From assembly GCA_963665235.2 (NCBI GenBank), contig CAXXLX010000001.1, positions 1,824,001 through 1,888,000 on the forward strand: DNA of 64,000 nt. Direction: 5' to 3'. This DNA is from Candidatus Poribacteria bacterium (GTDB taxonomy: Bacteria > Poribacteria > WGA-4E > WGA-3G). A program made the position numbers and the translations under genes. The notes under the pieces are model-generated. The model saw only the letters and a program-made list of their open reading frames with translations, was not told the DNA's origin and made no database searches. This document shows, piece by piece, positions 37,061 through 46,328 of this stretch; position 1 is the first letter of the stretch, and each line of letters starts with the position of its first letter.

Positions 37061-38989
37061 ATGCAAACTCATAGACCTCCTGGTTCATCTACTCCTATTA
37101 CAAGTCGCTCCCTCCTCATAGGTGTCCTACTTATCCCTGTCAATGTCTATTGGATGACGATAGTTGAGGTGAAATACTACTCGCTTGATGGCTCGTGTCT
37201 GCCGCTGTTTATTCAACCCGTTTTCATCATGTTTGTGTGTGTGGTAGGCAATTGCATCTTGAAACAATTTGCCCCTAAACGGATGTTACAGCAAGGGGAG
37301 TTGCTAACTGTCTACATCATGGTAGCGATTTCCTGTACATTTGCCGGGCATGACACAATGCAGAATATGTTCGGCAGTATTGCCCACCCTTTCCGATTTG
37401 CAACGGAAGAGAATGAGTGGCAAACACTTTTTTTCCCATATCTTCCGTCATGGCTCACTATCTCTGATGCCCAGAGCTTGCGTGGGTTTTATGAAGGCGA
37501 ATCGACCTTCTATACAAGCCACAATTTTTTTGTTTGGATAAAACCGCTGCTGTTCTGGGGATTTTTTTTCCTCGTCATGATGTTTATGATGCTTTGTATC
37601 AACACGCTTATCCGAAAACGGTGGGCGGAGCAGGAGAAGCTGGCGTATCCTATTATCCAACTGCCGCTGTACCTTTCAGAGGAGGGCGGAAGTCGTCTAC
37701 TGAAAAATAGGATGATGTGGGTAGGTTTCAGTATTGCGGCAACCATTGGGGTGATTAACGGTATTCATTACCTATTTCCGCAGTTTCCGGAGATTCCGTA
37801 TATCAAACGGACGGCTGTATTTCAAAACATCTTTACGGAACGTCCCTTGAGTGCTATCCGCGGAACACGCATCTCTGTTTACCCGTTTGCTGTGGGATTA
37901 GCCTATTTCCTTCCGCTGGATTTGTCCTTTTCGTGCTGGTTTTTCTTTGTGGTGCGGTTAGCAGAATTTGTGATTGCGGCCGCGCTTGGCACACGTTATT
38001 TTCCGGCTTTGAACGAACAGGCTTATGGGGCGTGGGTTGCACTGTTCATATTGGCTATTTGGGTTACGCGTCGGCATCTAAAAGCGGTATTGAAAAAGGC
38101 GTTAGGTTTTCAGTCGGAGCTTGATGATTCAGATGAACCGATGCCGTATCGTGCTGCGTTGTTAGGCATTATCGGCTCACTGATTGCGCTCGGTATTTTT
38201 GCGAACATAGCGGGTATGGCATTATGGGTTGCTGGCGTTTTCTTTGGTGTCTATTTCCTGCTCTCCTTTGCGATTACCCGGGTGCGTGCGGAGCTCGGCA
38301 CACCGCATGAAATTTACTATGTGAACCCACACGATATGCTGGCGATGGTTGGCGGAACGCGGCAATTTGATACGAGCAGCCTCACAATTATGTCGCTTTT
38401 CTATTGGTTCAATCGCGGGTATCGGAATCATCCGATGCCGAATCAGATAGAGGCGTTTAAGTTGGCAGAATCAACAGGTATGGGCAACCGGCGTTTGTGG
38501 ATAGCGATGTTAATCGCAATTGTTATCGGCATTTTAGCCACCTTTTGGGCGAATCTTGACATTACCTTCCGCAACGGCGCGGTTGCTAAGGCTGGCGGTT
38601 TCAAAGGATGGGTCGGCAGAGAGTCGTTCGGTCGCCTTCAGCGGTGGTTACATAATCCGACTGAACCGAACATGGTCGGCATGGGATTTATGGGAATTGG
38701 CGCGCTTTTGACGTTCGTGATGATGTATATGCGGATGCATTTCTTGTGGTGGCCCTTTCATCCGGCGGGGTACGCGCTCGCTATCAGTTTTGCGATGGAT
38801 TACTTCTGGTTCGCCTTTTTCGTGGCGTGGTTTCTGAAATTAATGATTTTACGACACGGGGGGTTGAAGTTGCATCGACGCGTAGCACCGCTCTTTCTGG
38901 GGTTAATTTTAGGTGATTACGTCATCGGGGGCGTCTGGGCAATTATCGGGCCGCTATCGGGGTTGCGTACCTATAAAATTTTCATTTAA
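37061..38989 (+). CDS. Multi-pass membrane protein (DUF6785/DUF6784-like, possibly OPT-related)
   Basis: Many TMs; ELLTVY, W..QEKL.YPIIQLP, RVRAELG, WWPFHPAGYA, FLGLILGD; paralog of 61001..62959. Confidence 0.75.
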   Translation: MQTHRPPGSSTPITSRSLLIGVLLIPVNVYWMTIVEVKYYSLDGSCLPLFIQPVFIMFVCVVGNCILKQFAPKRMLQQGELLTVYIMVAISCTFAGHDTMQNMFGSIAHPFRFATEENEWQTLFFPYLPSWLTISDAQSLRGFYEGESTFYTSHNFFVWIKPLLFWGFFFLVMMFMMLCINTLIRKRWAEQEKLAYPIIQLPLYLSEEGGSRLLKNRMMWVGFSIAATIGVINGIHYLFPQFPEIPYIKRTAVFQNIFTERPLSAIRGTRISVYPFAVGLAYFLPLDLSFSCWFFFVVRLAEFVIAAALGTRYFPALNEQAYGAWVALFILAIWVTRRHLKAVLKKALGFQSELDDSDEPMPYRAALLGIIGSLIALGIFANIAGMALWVAGVFFGVYFLLSFAITRVRAELGTPHEIYYVNPHDMLAMVGGTRQFDTSSLTIMSLFYWFNRGYRNHPMPNQIEAFKLAESTGMGNRRLWIAMLIAIVIGILATFWANLDITFRNGAVAKAGGFKGWVGRESFGRLQRWLHNPTEPNMVGMGFMGIGALLTFVMMYMRMHFLWWPFHPAGYALAISFAMDYFWFAFFVAWFLKLMILRHGGLKLHRRVAPLFLGLILGDYVIGGVWAIIGPLSGLRTYKIFI

Positions 38990-39142
38990 AATTTCCTTGC
39001 GGTTCGGTGAGGAGATATGTAAGAAAACCGTCTATTTCCGTCCATCCAGTCCTGCCCGTTGGTTGGGTTTTTGATATTTCCTTGCGGTTCGTTTAGAATT
39101 TTAGTAGTTAAAAGGGTTTCTTCCGTATATCCAGCCCTGCTC

Positions 39143-39260
39143 TTAGTCCCGTAGGGACGATATATTTATAGAAGTCTTTTGTGCTCGTTCTCTTAGTCCC
39201 GTAGGGACGATATATTTATAGAGGTTAGTGCAAACGGATGTTTATTATCAAGCTCACGTT
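39143..39260 (+). repeat. Two REP-like cores plus MITE right end
   Basis: GTCCCGTAGGGACGATATATTTATAG at 39146 and 39196, then AGGTTAGTGCAAACGGATGTTTATTATCAAGCTCACGTT. Confidence 0.85.
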
Positions 39261-39352
39261 AGATCAAGTAAACGATTTATGAGATAGACTGTAAGACAGA
39301 TACCTCTGTTGGAAACCGGCCTGTAGCGACGGGACAGGTGGTCAAGAGGACC

Positions 39353-40030
39353 ATGAATCAAAATTATCCTATTACAAATACTACAATCTCGCTCGGGGAT
39401 AGAGAGATTCAACTTACGGTTATAGATGAACCTGACCGTCTCTTGGACGAATTGAGTAGAGAGGACAGTGACGGAAAACTCTATCTCCCCTACTGGACCT
39501 ATCTCTGGGAGTCTGCTATCGGACTGGCACACCACGTGGAGGCAATAGGGCAAACGCTCTCTGACCAACACATCCTGGAAATCGGCTGCGGTTTTGGACT
39601 TGCAGGAATTGCTGCCTGTCACGCTGGGACAAAAGTGGTTTTCACGGACTTTGAACGGGAGGCACTGTTGTTTGCACGGCACAACGCACAACAAAACGGT
39701 GCGGATTCAGCTGTTTTCGTTCAGATGGATTGGAACGCGCCGTGCTTCCGTTGCAGGTTTGACGTTATTCTCGCTGCCGATGTAATCTATGAGGAGCATC
39801 ATTGGCAACCGATTTTAGCTCTGCTCCAGAAGCTGCTCGCGCCTAACGGCATCGCCCTCTTTTCTGAACCGAATCGGAAAAATGCAGATGGATTCTTCAT
39901 AACGCTACAGGATAGTGGGTTTATATACAAAAAAACCATCTGCACTATTTCCTTATCGTGCTCTGAAGCTCGCTCCTACGGGGATGAGAGGACTATCCCA
40001 ATTAACATCTACACGGTTGAACGAGCGTGA
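39353..40030 (+). CDS. Class I SAM-dependent methyltransferase (Methyltransf_16 / METTL21-like)
   Basis: PYWTYLWESA, LEIGCGFG, MDW, AADVIYE. Confidence 0.88.
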   Translation: MNQNYPITNTTISLGDREIQLTVIDEPDRLLDELSREDSDGKLYLPYWTYLWESAIGLAHHVEAIGQTLSDQHILEIGCGFGLAGIAACHAGTKVVFTDFEREALLFARHNAQQNGADSAVFVQMDWNAPCFRCRFDVILAADVIYEEHHWQPILALLQKLLAPNGIALFSEPNRKNADGFFITLQDSGFIYKKTICTISLSCSEARSYGDERTIPINIYTVERA

Positions 40031-40114
40031 GCTTGTAGCAGAGGCCTCTTTGATAGTGCCCAACACCATTCCTCTCAACGCGTTTGAGTTCTCCAGCTAA
40101 CTGCTGCCTTGTGT

Positions 40115-41170
40115 CTACTTATCACTCTTTTGGGTTCCCCAGGTTACTTTTTTTTTATCGCGTGGGGTAACAGGAAGCACATCATCGCTTATCCAATCTA
40201 TTATCTGATCCCACCCCGGATCGTCTGTTAGCTGTGTTCTCACACGGGTTGGGATATGATACTTATAGATATAGCAAGGTGGAAACTCTATAGGACCATG
40301 TATCGGTTCGTTCAAAGGCATACCTTCACGTGCACTAAAAACAACCGATTTACCGTCGTCCATCCAGTCAATGCCGTAGCATCTCCAATCCTCCGGTATA
40401 TCGAGTTTTTTTATGTTTGTTCCGTCGCGATTACAAATCATATACCGATACGCCCTGAAGAACCTTGCGTTGCCGACATTTGGCACGAACTCCCATTTAT
40501 GCTCCATTTCTGTAAACACAATCTGTTTACCATCCGGGGACCAGCGCGGACGGGAGCGGTGAATAACGAAATTATCCGCTTGTATACCGGGGGTAGGGAT
40601 GAGTTTGCGTCGGTTCCGACCATCCGCCCCGATAATCCAGATTGTGCTGCCAGCCCCCCCCACCGCCACTGCCTCTGCGAATACAATGGACTTGCCATCC
40701 GGAGACCAATCACAGAAGTTCGCCAGGGTATCCGCTATTTCTTTCATCTTCCCCGTTTCAATATTCAGCACGGTGATGCTGTATTTTGATTTGTTGTCCA
40801 CCCGAACTGTCCTATTAAAGACGATATACTTCCCATCCGGTGAAAATGACACTATACCGATATAACCCCCACCATCTTCTATGAGTTTCCGAACGTTCGT
40901 GCCATCCGGATCCATCAAGAATACGGCTACATCTCCATTTACACGGAGCCGTCTCTGAAATGCAATCTGTTTACCGTCAGGGGACCAGCAATTGGGGAAA
41001 GGTCTCAACTCTTTGGATTCGGTGAGGAGTGTCTGGTTGCTACCATCATCGTCCATAACGTAAACACCCCGCACCCCGTTGCGTTCTGAGCTAAAAACGA
41101 TTTTGGCCTGTGCTGCGGTTGATATAAGCAGTAGCAGCAGACAAAGCAAACTGATTTTGCGTCCAAACAT
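40115..41170 (-). CDS. Secreted TolB-like (PD40) beta-propeller with conserved C-terminal tail
   Basis: Signal peptide AQA-KIVFSS, WSPDGKQI repeats, tail VTPRDKKKVTWGTQK. Confidence 0.85.
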   Translation of the reverse strand: MFGRKISLLCLLLLLISTAAQAKIVFSSERNGVRGVYVMDDDGSNQTLLTESKELRPFPNCWSPDGKQIAFQRRLRVNGDVAVFLMDPDGTNVRKLIEDGGGYIGIVSFSPDGKYIVFNRTVRVDNKSKYSITVLNIETGKMKEIADTLANFCDWSPDGKSIVFAEAVAVGGAGSTIWIIGADGRNRRKLIPTPGIQADNFVIHRSRPRWSPDGKQIVFTEMEHKWEFVPNVGNARFFRAYRYMICNRDGTNIKKLDIPEDWRCYGIDWMDDGKSVVFSAREGMPLNEPIHGPIEFPPCYIYKYHIPTRVRTQLTDDPGWDQIIDWISDDVLPVTPRDKKKVTWGTQKSDK

Positions 41171-41305
41171 GACTATTCTCCTTGGATGGAATGGCCCCCT
41201 GCCCCAAAAAGCGGGGACAGGAGGCCTTTACAGTAGGTTATGGATTGTGGTTTTCATCAAACGTGGTAGTATTATCTGTGCCGTGCCAGATATCTGTAGT
41301 TCCAT

Positions 41306-43468
41306 CTACGGTTTGTCGGCAGGCTGAATTTCGTAACATGTGCCCTTGTAACAAACGATGACGTGCTTTCCGATGGCAAGATATTTTGCCAATTCAGGTG
41401 TCTTCGTCAGCAACTCGAAATAGGCATCACTGCCGAACGTTATCTTCGTTGTTTCGGTTTCCGGTGTGTGTGTGCTATCCACCCAGACCTTTTCGCGAAG
41501 CTGGAAAGTCTTGTCCTTGACACGTTTAACCGTAATCCGTGCTTGTGTTACTCTTCCTTCAGCCTGTAGTTCTTGAAGTGCCAGACTTTCCGCCTGTTTC
41601 GTGCTTGCTGTTTTTGGTTTTTGAACCCCGCCAAGCCTAGCAGCCTCCTGCTCGAGCTCTACCTTGTCTGGGAGCGTCTGTCCTCTCTGCCTTGATAATC
41701 GGCTGCTTAATCCCCTGCCGTTTGTTTCCTCCTCTGTTACAAGAAAAGAGGTGTATGGGGTCATAATACCGTATTTCTCACTAAGCCGTTTAATCTCGTC
41801 AATTACCTCTTTATTTTCACCGTTCAGTCTTATCGCGTCAACGAGATATGCGACTTTGCGCTGTGCCCACAATTGCGGTAAGAATTGATGTCCCGCTTCC
41901 TGTTTCGGAAATTTCGCTGTATTGGCGAATTCCCGTTTTTTGCCGTTGATGTCGCCGCGAAGGGTTAGCTGTGTCTTTCCATCACCGGCATACCTGCCAA
42001 GCACTGTCAACTGTGACCCGCGAAACAGATGGGGCAGCTTCTGCGGATACAGATTTTTGGTTTTGATGTTCTGGATATCCAAAGCCAAATTGACGAGAAT
42101 GGGTTCGCTAACCTTCGTAAAGAAAGCGGATACAGCGACCTCTAAATTTTCCTGCGGTTTGACATATTGACGGGTACCGCCATTCTGTTCCGCTATTTTA
42201 TCGAGCAAATTGACGTTGACATCGTAGCCTACCCCGAACACGAAGATACGCGATGTATCTGCGTTTGCACCGGAAACGTTCTTGAGAATTCGCCCTGTAT
42301 GGGTTTCACCGACGGTTGCCTCGCCATCAGTTAGGAAAATAACAATGCGTGGTCGCTTCGCATCCGGTTTATCCGTTACAGCGGAGAGGAGGGCGTCATT
42401 GATATTTGTGCCGCCGTTTCCCTTAATATCGTCAATGAAAGTGAGCGCGTTTTCACGTTCCTCTTTTACAGAAACCAATGTATCGGCGAACGGCTCAACA
42501 TCGGTATTGAAAAGGATGAGGTTAAATCGGTCGCCCTCGTTTAGATTGTTGACGCAAAAACGGAGTGCCTCTTTCGCCTGTTCTATTTTTCTCCCTTTCA
42601 TACTCCCGGAGCGGTCGAGGATGAAGATGAAATCCTTTTCAATAATTTCTGTCTGCTTCACCTCATATTTCGGAGAAATCAGGAGCATAAAATAACCCTC
42701 TTTCTCTGTATCCTCGCGATGGGCAATTAGGTCAATACCGAAATCTTTGTCGGAAACAGAATAGTAGCAGACGAAATCGCGGCGCACAGTGACGCTTCTG
42801 CCTTCATAACTGATGGTGGCATGATGGTCATCCTTGCGGTTGACTGCAATCTCATGGGAGGGGGAATAAATTGTTTTGAGGGGGTGTTTGCTCTTAACAT
42901 CGAGCGAAACCGCAAGGCTATCTACCGGGTAGTCAGTGAATTTCTCGGTTCGGAGTGGATACGTGTACTTGGCGAGTCCGGAATCTAAACTGATAACTTG
43001 TGAGTATTCAAGTTGGATGCGTCTTTCCCCGTTTGGCGGGATGGGAAACACGCGTGCCTGAAACGCCCGGGTGCCGATATACTCTAGAAGTGCGGGGTCT
43101 TGCATAGAACGGACAATCCCTTCGTATATATTTCGTGCCTTTGCCTTTGATAGCAGCTCCGCTTTGACCGGCTCCCCATTAATATATAGCACGAAGTCTG
43201 AAACGGCTACGTCGTCCGGAAGTGGAAAGAGATAGGTGCCTTCCAATTGAAAGCCGGTCGGGTTCGCGAAAACCTGGTCGATTTTCGTTGTGGTTAGTTG
43301 GTTATCAATTGAGACGTTCACATGATGCTTCTCAATTCTTAGGGTTTGAATGCCGTGTTGAATGTTCGCTGACCGCGTTACAATAATACCTTGTGCCTGA
43401 GCGAATTGTGCAACGCCTATCAAGAGTGTAATTAAAAACACTACGTGGGAATTCAATCTTTGAATCAT
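41306..43468 (-). CDS. Secreted VIT + vWA domain protein
   Basis: VIT (LEGTYLFPLP, YEGIVR..DPALLE), MIDAS DRSGSM, GGTNI, LTDGE, FGVG. Confidence 0.9.
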   Translation of the reverse strand: MIQRLNSHVVFLITLLIGVAQFAQAQGIIVTRSANIQHGIQTLRIEKHHVNVSIDNQLTTTKIDQVFANPTGFQLEGTYLFPLPDDVAVSDFVLYINGEPVKAELLSKAKARNIYEGIVRSMQDPALLEYIGTRAFQARVFPIPPNGERRIQLEYSQVISLDSGLAKYTYPLRTEKFTDYPVDSLAVSLDVKSKHPLKTIYSPSHEIAVNRKDDHHATISYEGRSVTVRRDFVCYYSVSDKDFGIDLIAHREDTEKEGYFMLLISPKYEVKQTEIIEKDFIFILDRSGSMKGRKIEQAKEALRFCVNNLNEGDRFNLILFNTDVEPFADTLVSVKEERENALTFIDDIKGNGGTNINDALLSAVTDKPDAKRPRIVIFLTDGEATVGETHTGRILKNVSGANADTSRIFVFGVGYDVNVNLLDKIAEQNGGTRQYVKPQENLEVAVSAFFTKVSEPILVNLALDIQNIKTKNLYPQKLPHLFRGSQLTVLGRYAGDGKTQLTLRGDINGKKREFANTAKFPKQEAGHQFLPQLWAQRKVAYLVDAIRLNGENKEVIDEIKRLSEKYGIMTPYTSFLVTEEETNGRGLSSRLSRQRGQTLPDKVELEQEAARLGGVQKPKTASTKQAESLALQELQAEGRVTQARITVKRVKDKTFQLREKVWVDSTHTPETETTKITFGSDAYFELLTKTPELAKYLAIGKHVIVCYKGTCYEIQPADKP

Positions 43469-43661
43469 GGGGTGCCTCCGGTTGCCTGCTGCCGTTGTTG
43501 CAGGCGGGTTTCTTCGAAATTATTGGTTAATCGCTTGAGTTCTGATGTTTCTGACATACCTCCACACCTAAAGGAGTAGGAGTATATCAGCAGTTAGCGG
43601 GGCGCGCCTATCGATAAAAATAAACGCGCCAATAAGGTTAATGAGCTGGGGAACCTAGCCC

Positions 43662-46046
43662 TTACTGCGCTGCGGCCTGGTCCTTTAAGCGGCGTGCCTT
43701 CCGGACGAGACGTAGCAGCTCTTTCCTCTGTTCCTCACGTTGAGGCGTTTCCGAATCGAAGTGCGTTAGAATCCCCTTAAGTGTCCGTTGCACCGCACCT
43801 AAACTCCCCTCCTTTGCCCAATAACTCTCTCGGAGGATTTCAGCGAATTGTGCAACTGCAGCAGCAAACTGAAAATCGGGTGACGCATCCTCAAATTTAC
43901 CTTTGAGTGCCTCCACTAGCAGTTTTTCATTGACCTCCGTAACCTGTTCCGTATCAGGGTCTTCATGTCGGATATAGACGGTTGCGAGCTCACCGGTGTC
44001 AACCTCTTTAGAGAGTTTAACCTCATAAAGTGCGGTGACGCTGTGTCCAGACCCGATTTCGCCTGCATCCGCCTCGTCGTTTCGGAAGTCTTCGTGTTTC
44101 ATTTCGCGACTCTCGTATCCGACCAACCGGAATCGGCTCACTGTCTCCTCGTTGAACTTAACCTGTATTTTTGCATCTTTTGCGATAACCTGTAACGTGC
44201 CTGTCAGATTTTCGACAAAAATACGTTTCGCTTCTTTAAGCGTGTCAACGTAGGCGTAATTCCCGTTGCCTTTCTTGGCAAGTTGTTCCATGAGAGTATC
44301 GTTGTAATTTCCCATGCCGAATCCGACCGTGGTCAAGAAAATCTTATCGTCTGCATAGTCGCTAATTTCTTTGAGGAGCGCCGGGGGCGATGTTACACCC
44401 TCGTTCGCGACACCATCTGAACAGAGGATGACACGATTGATAGACTCCTGTTGGTTGTTCTGCTGTGCAAGTTCATATCCCTTGCGGATGCCATCTTCAA
44501 CGTTTGTCACACCTTCTGGGTGCAGCGACTCAATTTTTTCCAAGATGTGTTTCCGATTCACAACGCCTGTGTGCGGTAACACAACTCGAGCAGTAGTACC
44601 GTAAACAACAATACCTATCTTATCGGTTGGGCGGAGTTGCGATACCAAGAGACGCAACGCCCTTTTCACTAAGCCGAGTCGATTCTCCATCCGCATTGAA
44701 CCGGAGACATCGATGACAAAGGTGAGGATTGCATCTTTGCGGTCGGTGTCCGGAATGGTATGTCCCTGAATACCGATACGTAGCAATTGAAGCCGTTTGC
44801 CTTTTCCAAATTTTGAGGGCGCGCCCTCAAGATGGACAGCAAACGCTGCATCGGTAGGCGGGGTATAGTTGTAATCAAAAGCGTTGATAAATTCCTCAAC
44901 CCGTACCGCTTCTGCTGGCGGTAGATGCCCATCTGTGAGATACCGACGCGTTACAGCGTAAGACGCAGAATCGGCATCCATTCCGAACGTCGAAAGGTTA
45001 TCATCTTCCGTATCAATGAATGGATTCGTGCCGTGTCCCTTAAAGTACACATCGCGATAAGCAGCACCGTTCGGCGGAGTTAACCCGAACTGTAGAGAGC
45101 GGGATGCCATAGAGCGCCTAGCCACCACCTTTTCGCGGGTACTTGCAGCACCTCTGCTTCTGGAAAGGGTCGTCTGGCGTAAAGGTGGCGGTTGCGCCTG
45201 TTCCTGTTCACTTGAGAAATAAGATATTGGACGCTCCTTGGGTTCAGGAGACTGTAAAACCCCTAATAGTGCGTCACAAGTCGCTAGTTGTTCTTCCTCA
45301 AGATGGGCCTCCGTGAGCGAATATGAACAGACGAAATCGGTGTCTAATTTGACCGCCGTAGCCTGATAAGTTATGTGCGATTGTTCCTCAGGTTCATCGG
45401 TAACCGTGACAGCGTGTGAGGCGGAGCTGAACTTTTCAACCTTATAACCTGCTTCAGTCGCAATTGACACTTCGAAATTCTCAACGGTATCATCGCTTTG
45501 AAGCGGATGTGTGTATACAAAGTTCTCATCAGTTTCCGTAACCGATTCGGTATATCGGACTTGAACACGGCACTCCGCATCAGCGGGGAGTTGCAACACC
45601 TTTGTCTGTAAGGTGACAATACCAATTGCCTCTAAAATTGGGGCATTTTCTGCGTGGAATGCCTGTCCGAAGACCGCTTCTAATTTCTTTGGAGTTGCCA
45701 CTTTTACCGGGACGACTTTGTCGTTAATAACAACCTCCGCGGTTGGGAGGACAGCCTTTTCAGGGAGCGGAATGATAAACACTCCCTCAATTGCCGCCGC
45801 GTTCGGGTTAGTGAAAACGAGTTGAACATCCGTCGTTGCATATCCGTGTCCGATGCGGATGTTCAGAAGATAGTGTTTGATAACTAATTTTTCAAATTGA
45901 CCGACCTCCGCTAAGCGTGGAATAAATCGGGTCTGCGCCAATGAATTTGAATCGGGGTGCCTCTGCTTCCCTGCTGCCGTTGTTGCAGGCGGGGCCGTCC
46001 CTTGATGTTGTGAGGTTCCTCTTTGTTGTTCAACCGATTTTTTCAT
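43662..46046 (-). CDS. VIT + vWA (YfbK/DUF3520-like) protein
   Basis: Degenerate VIT, STFGMD.D.ASY, VRVEEFIN, DVSGSM, SDGVAN, GYESR, DAGEIGSGH.VTALYE. Confidence 0.88.
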   Translation of the reverse strand: MKKSVEQQRGTSQHQGTAPPATTAAGKQRHPDSNSLAQTRFIPRLAEVGQFEKLVIKHYLLNIRIGHGYATTDVQLVFTNPNAAAIEGVFIIPLPEKAVLPTAEVVINDKVVPVKVATPKKLEAVFGQAFHAENAPILEAIGIVTLQTKVLQLPADAECRVQVRYTESVTETDENFVYTHPLQSDDTVENFEVSIATEAGYKVEKFSSASHAVTVTDEPEEQSHITYQATAVKLDTDFVCSYSLTEAHLEEEQLATCDALLGVLQSPEPKERPISYFSSEQEQAQPPPLRQTTLSRSRGAASTREKVVARRSMASRSLQFGLTPPNGAAYRDVYFKGHGTNPFIDTEDDNLSTFGMDADSASYAVTRRYLTDGHLPPAEAVRVEEFINAFDYNYTPPTDAAFAVHLEGAPSKFGKGKRLQLLRIGIQGHTIPDTDRKDAILTFVIDVSGSMRMENRLGLVKRALRLLVSQLRPTDKIGIVVYGTTARVVLPHTGVVNRKHILEKIESLHPEGVTNVEDGIRKGYELAQQNNQQESINRVILCSDGVANEGVTSPPALLKEISDYADDKIFLTTVGFGMGNYNDTLMEQLAKKGNGNYAYVDTLKEAKRIFVENLTGTLQVIAKDAKIQVKFNEETVSRFRLVGYESREMKHEDFRNDEADAGEIGSGHSVTALYEVKLSKEVDTGELATVYIRHEDPDTEQVTEVNEKLLVEALKGKFEDASPDFQFAAAVAQFAEILRESYWAKEGSLGAVQRTLKGILTHFDSETPQREEQRKELLRLVRKARRLKDQAAAQ

Positions 46047-46328
46047 GGGAAGTAAGCTCCTTTATTTATGTTTAATTTGTGAATTAGTGGATGTCTAAGT
46101 TCGTAATAGTTAGCAACGTTCAGACACAGATGTGTGGGACTGCGCCTCAGATACACCCTGGAAAGAGAAAGGTGCGTTTGAACGCTTGGTACCTATCTTA
46201 TGACGTTTATTTAACCAAAAAGTTTAAATGTTTGAATAGGACATTTGTAAGCGCGCCTGCAAATGGGGGGGGGGCACCTAAACGCTAGGTTTCTCTGCGT
46301 TCAAACCGACCTATAAGACGGTATTATC

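Noticed and set aside
38990-39140. Duplicated ATTTCCTTGCGGTTCG and TTCCGT..ATCCAG.CCTGC motifs as a regulatory RNA
   Set aside because: They abut a REP/MITE end and are most simply fragments of another dispersed repeat; no independent support
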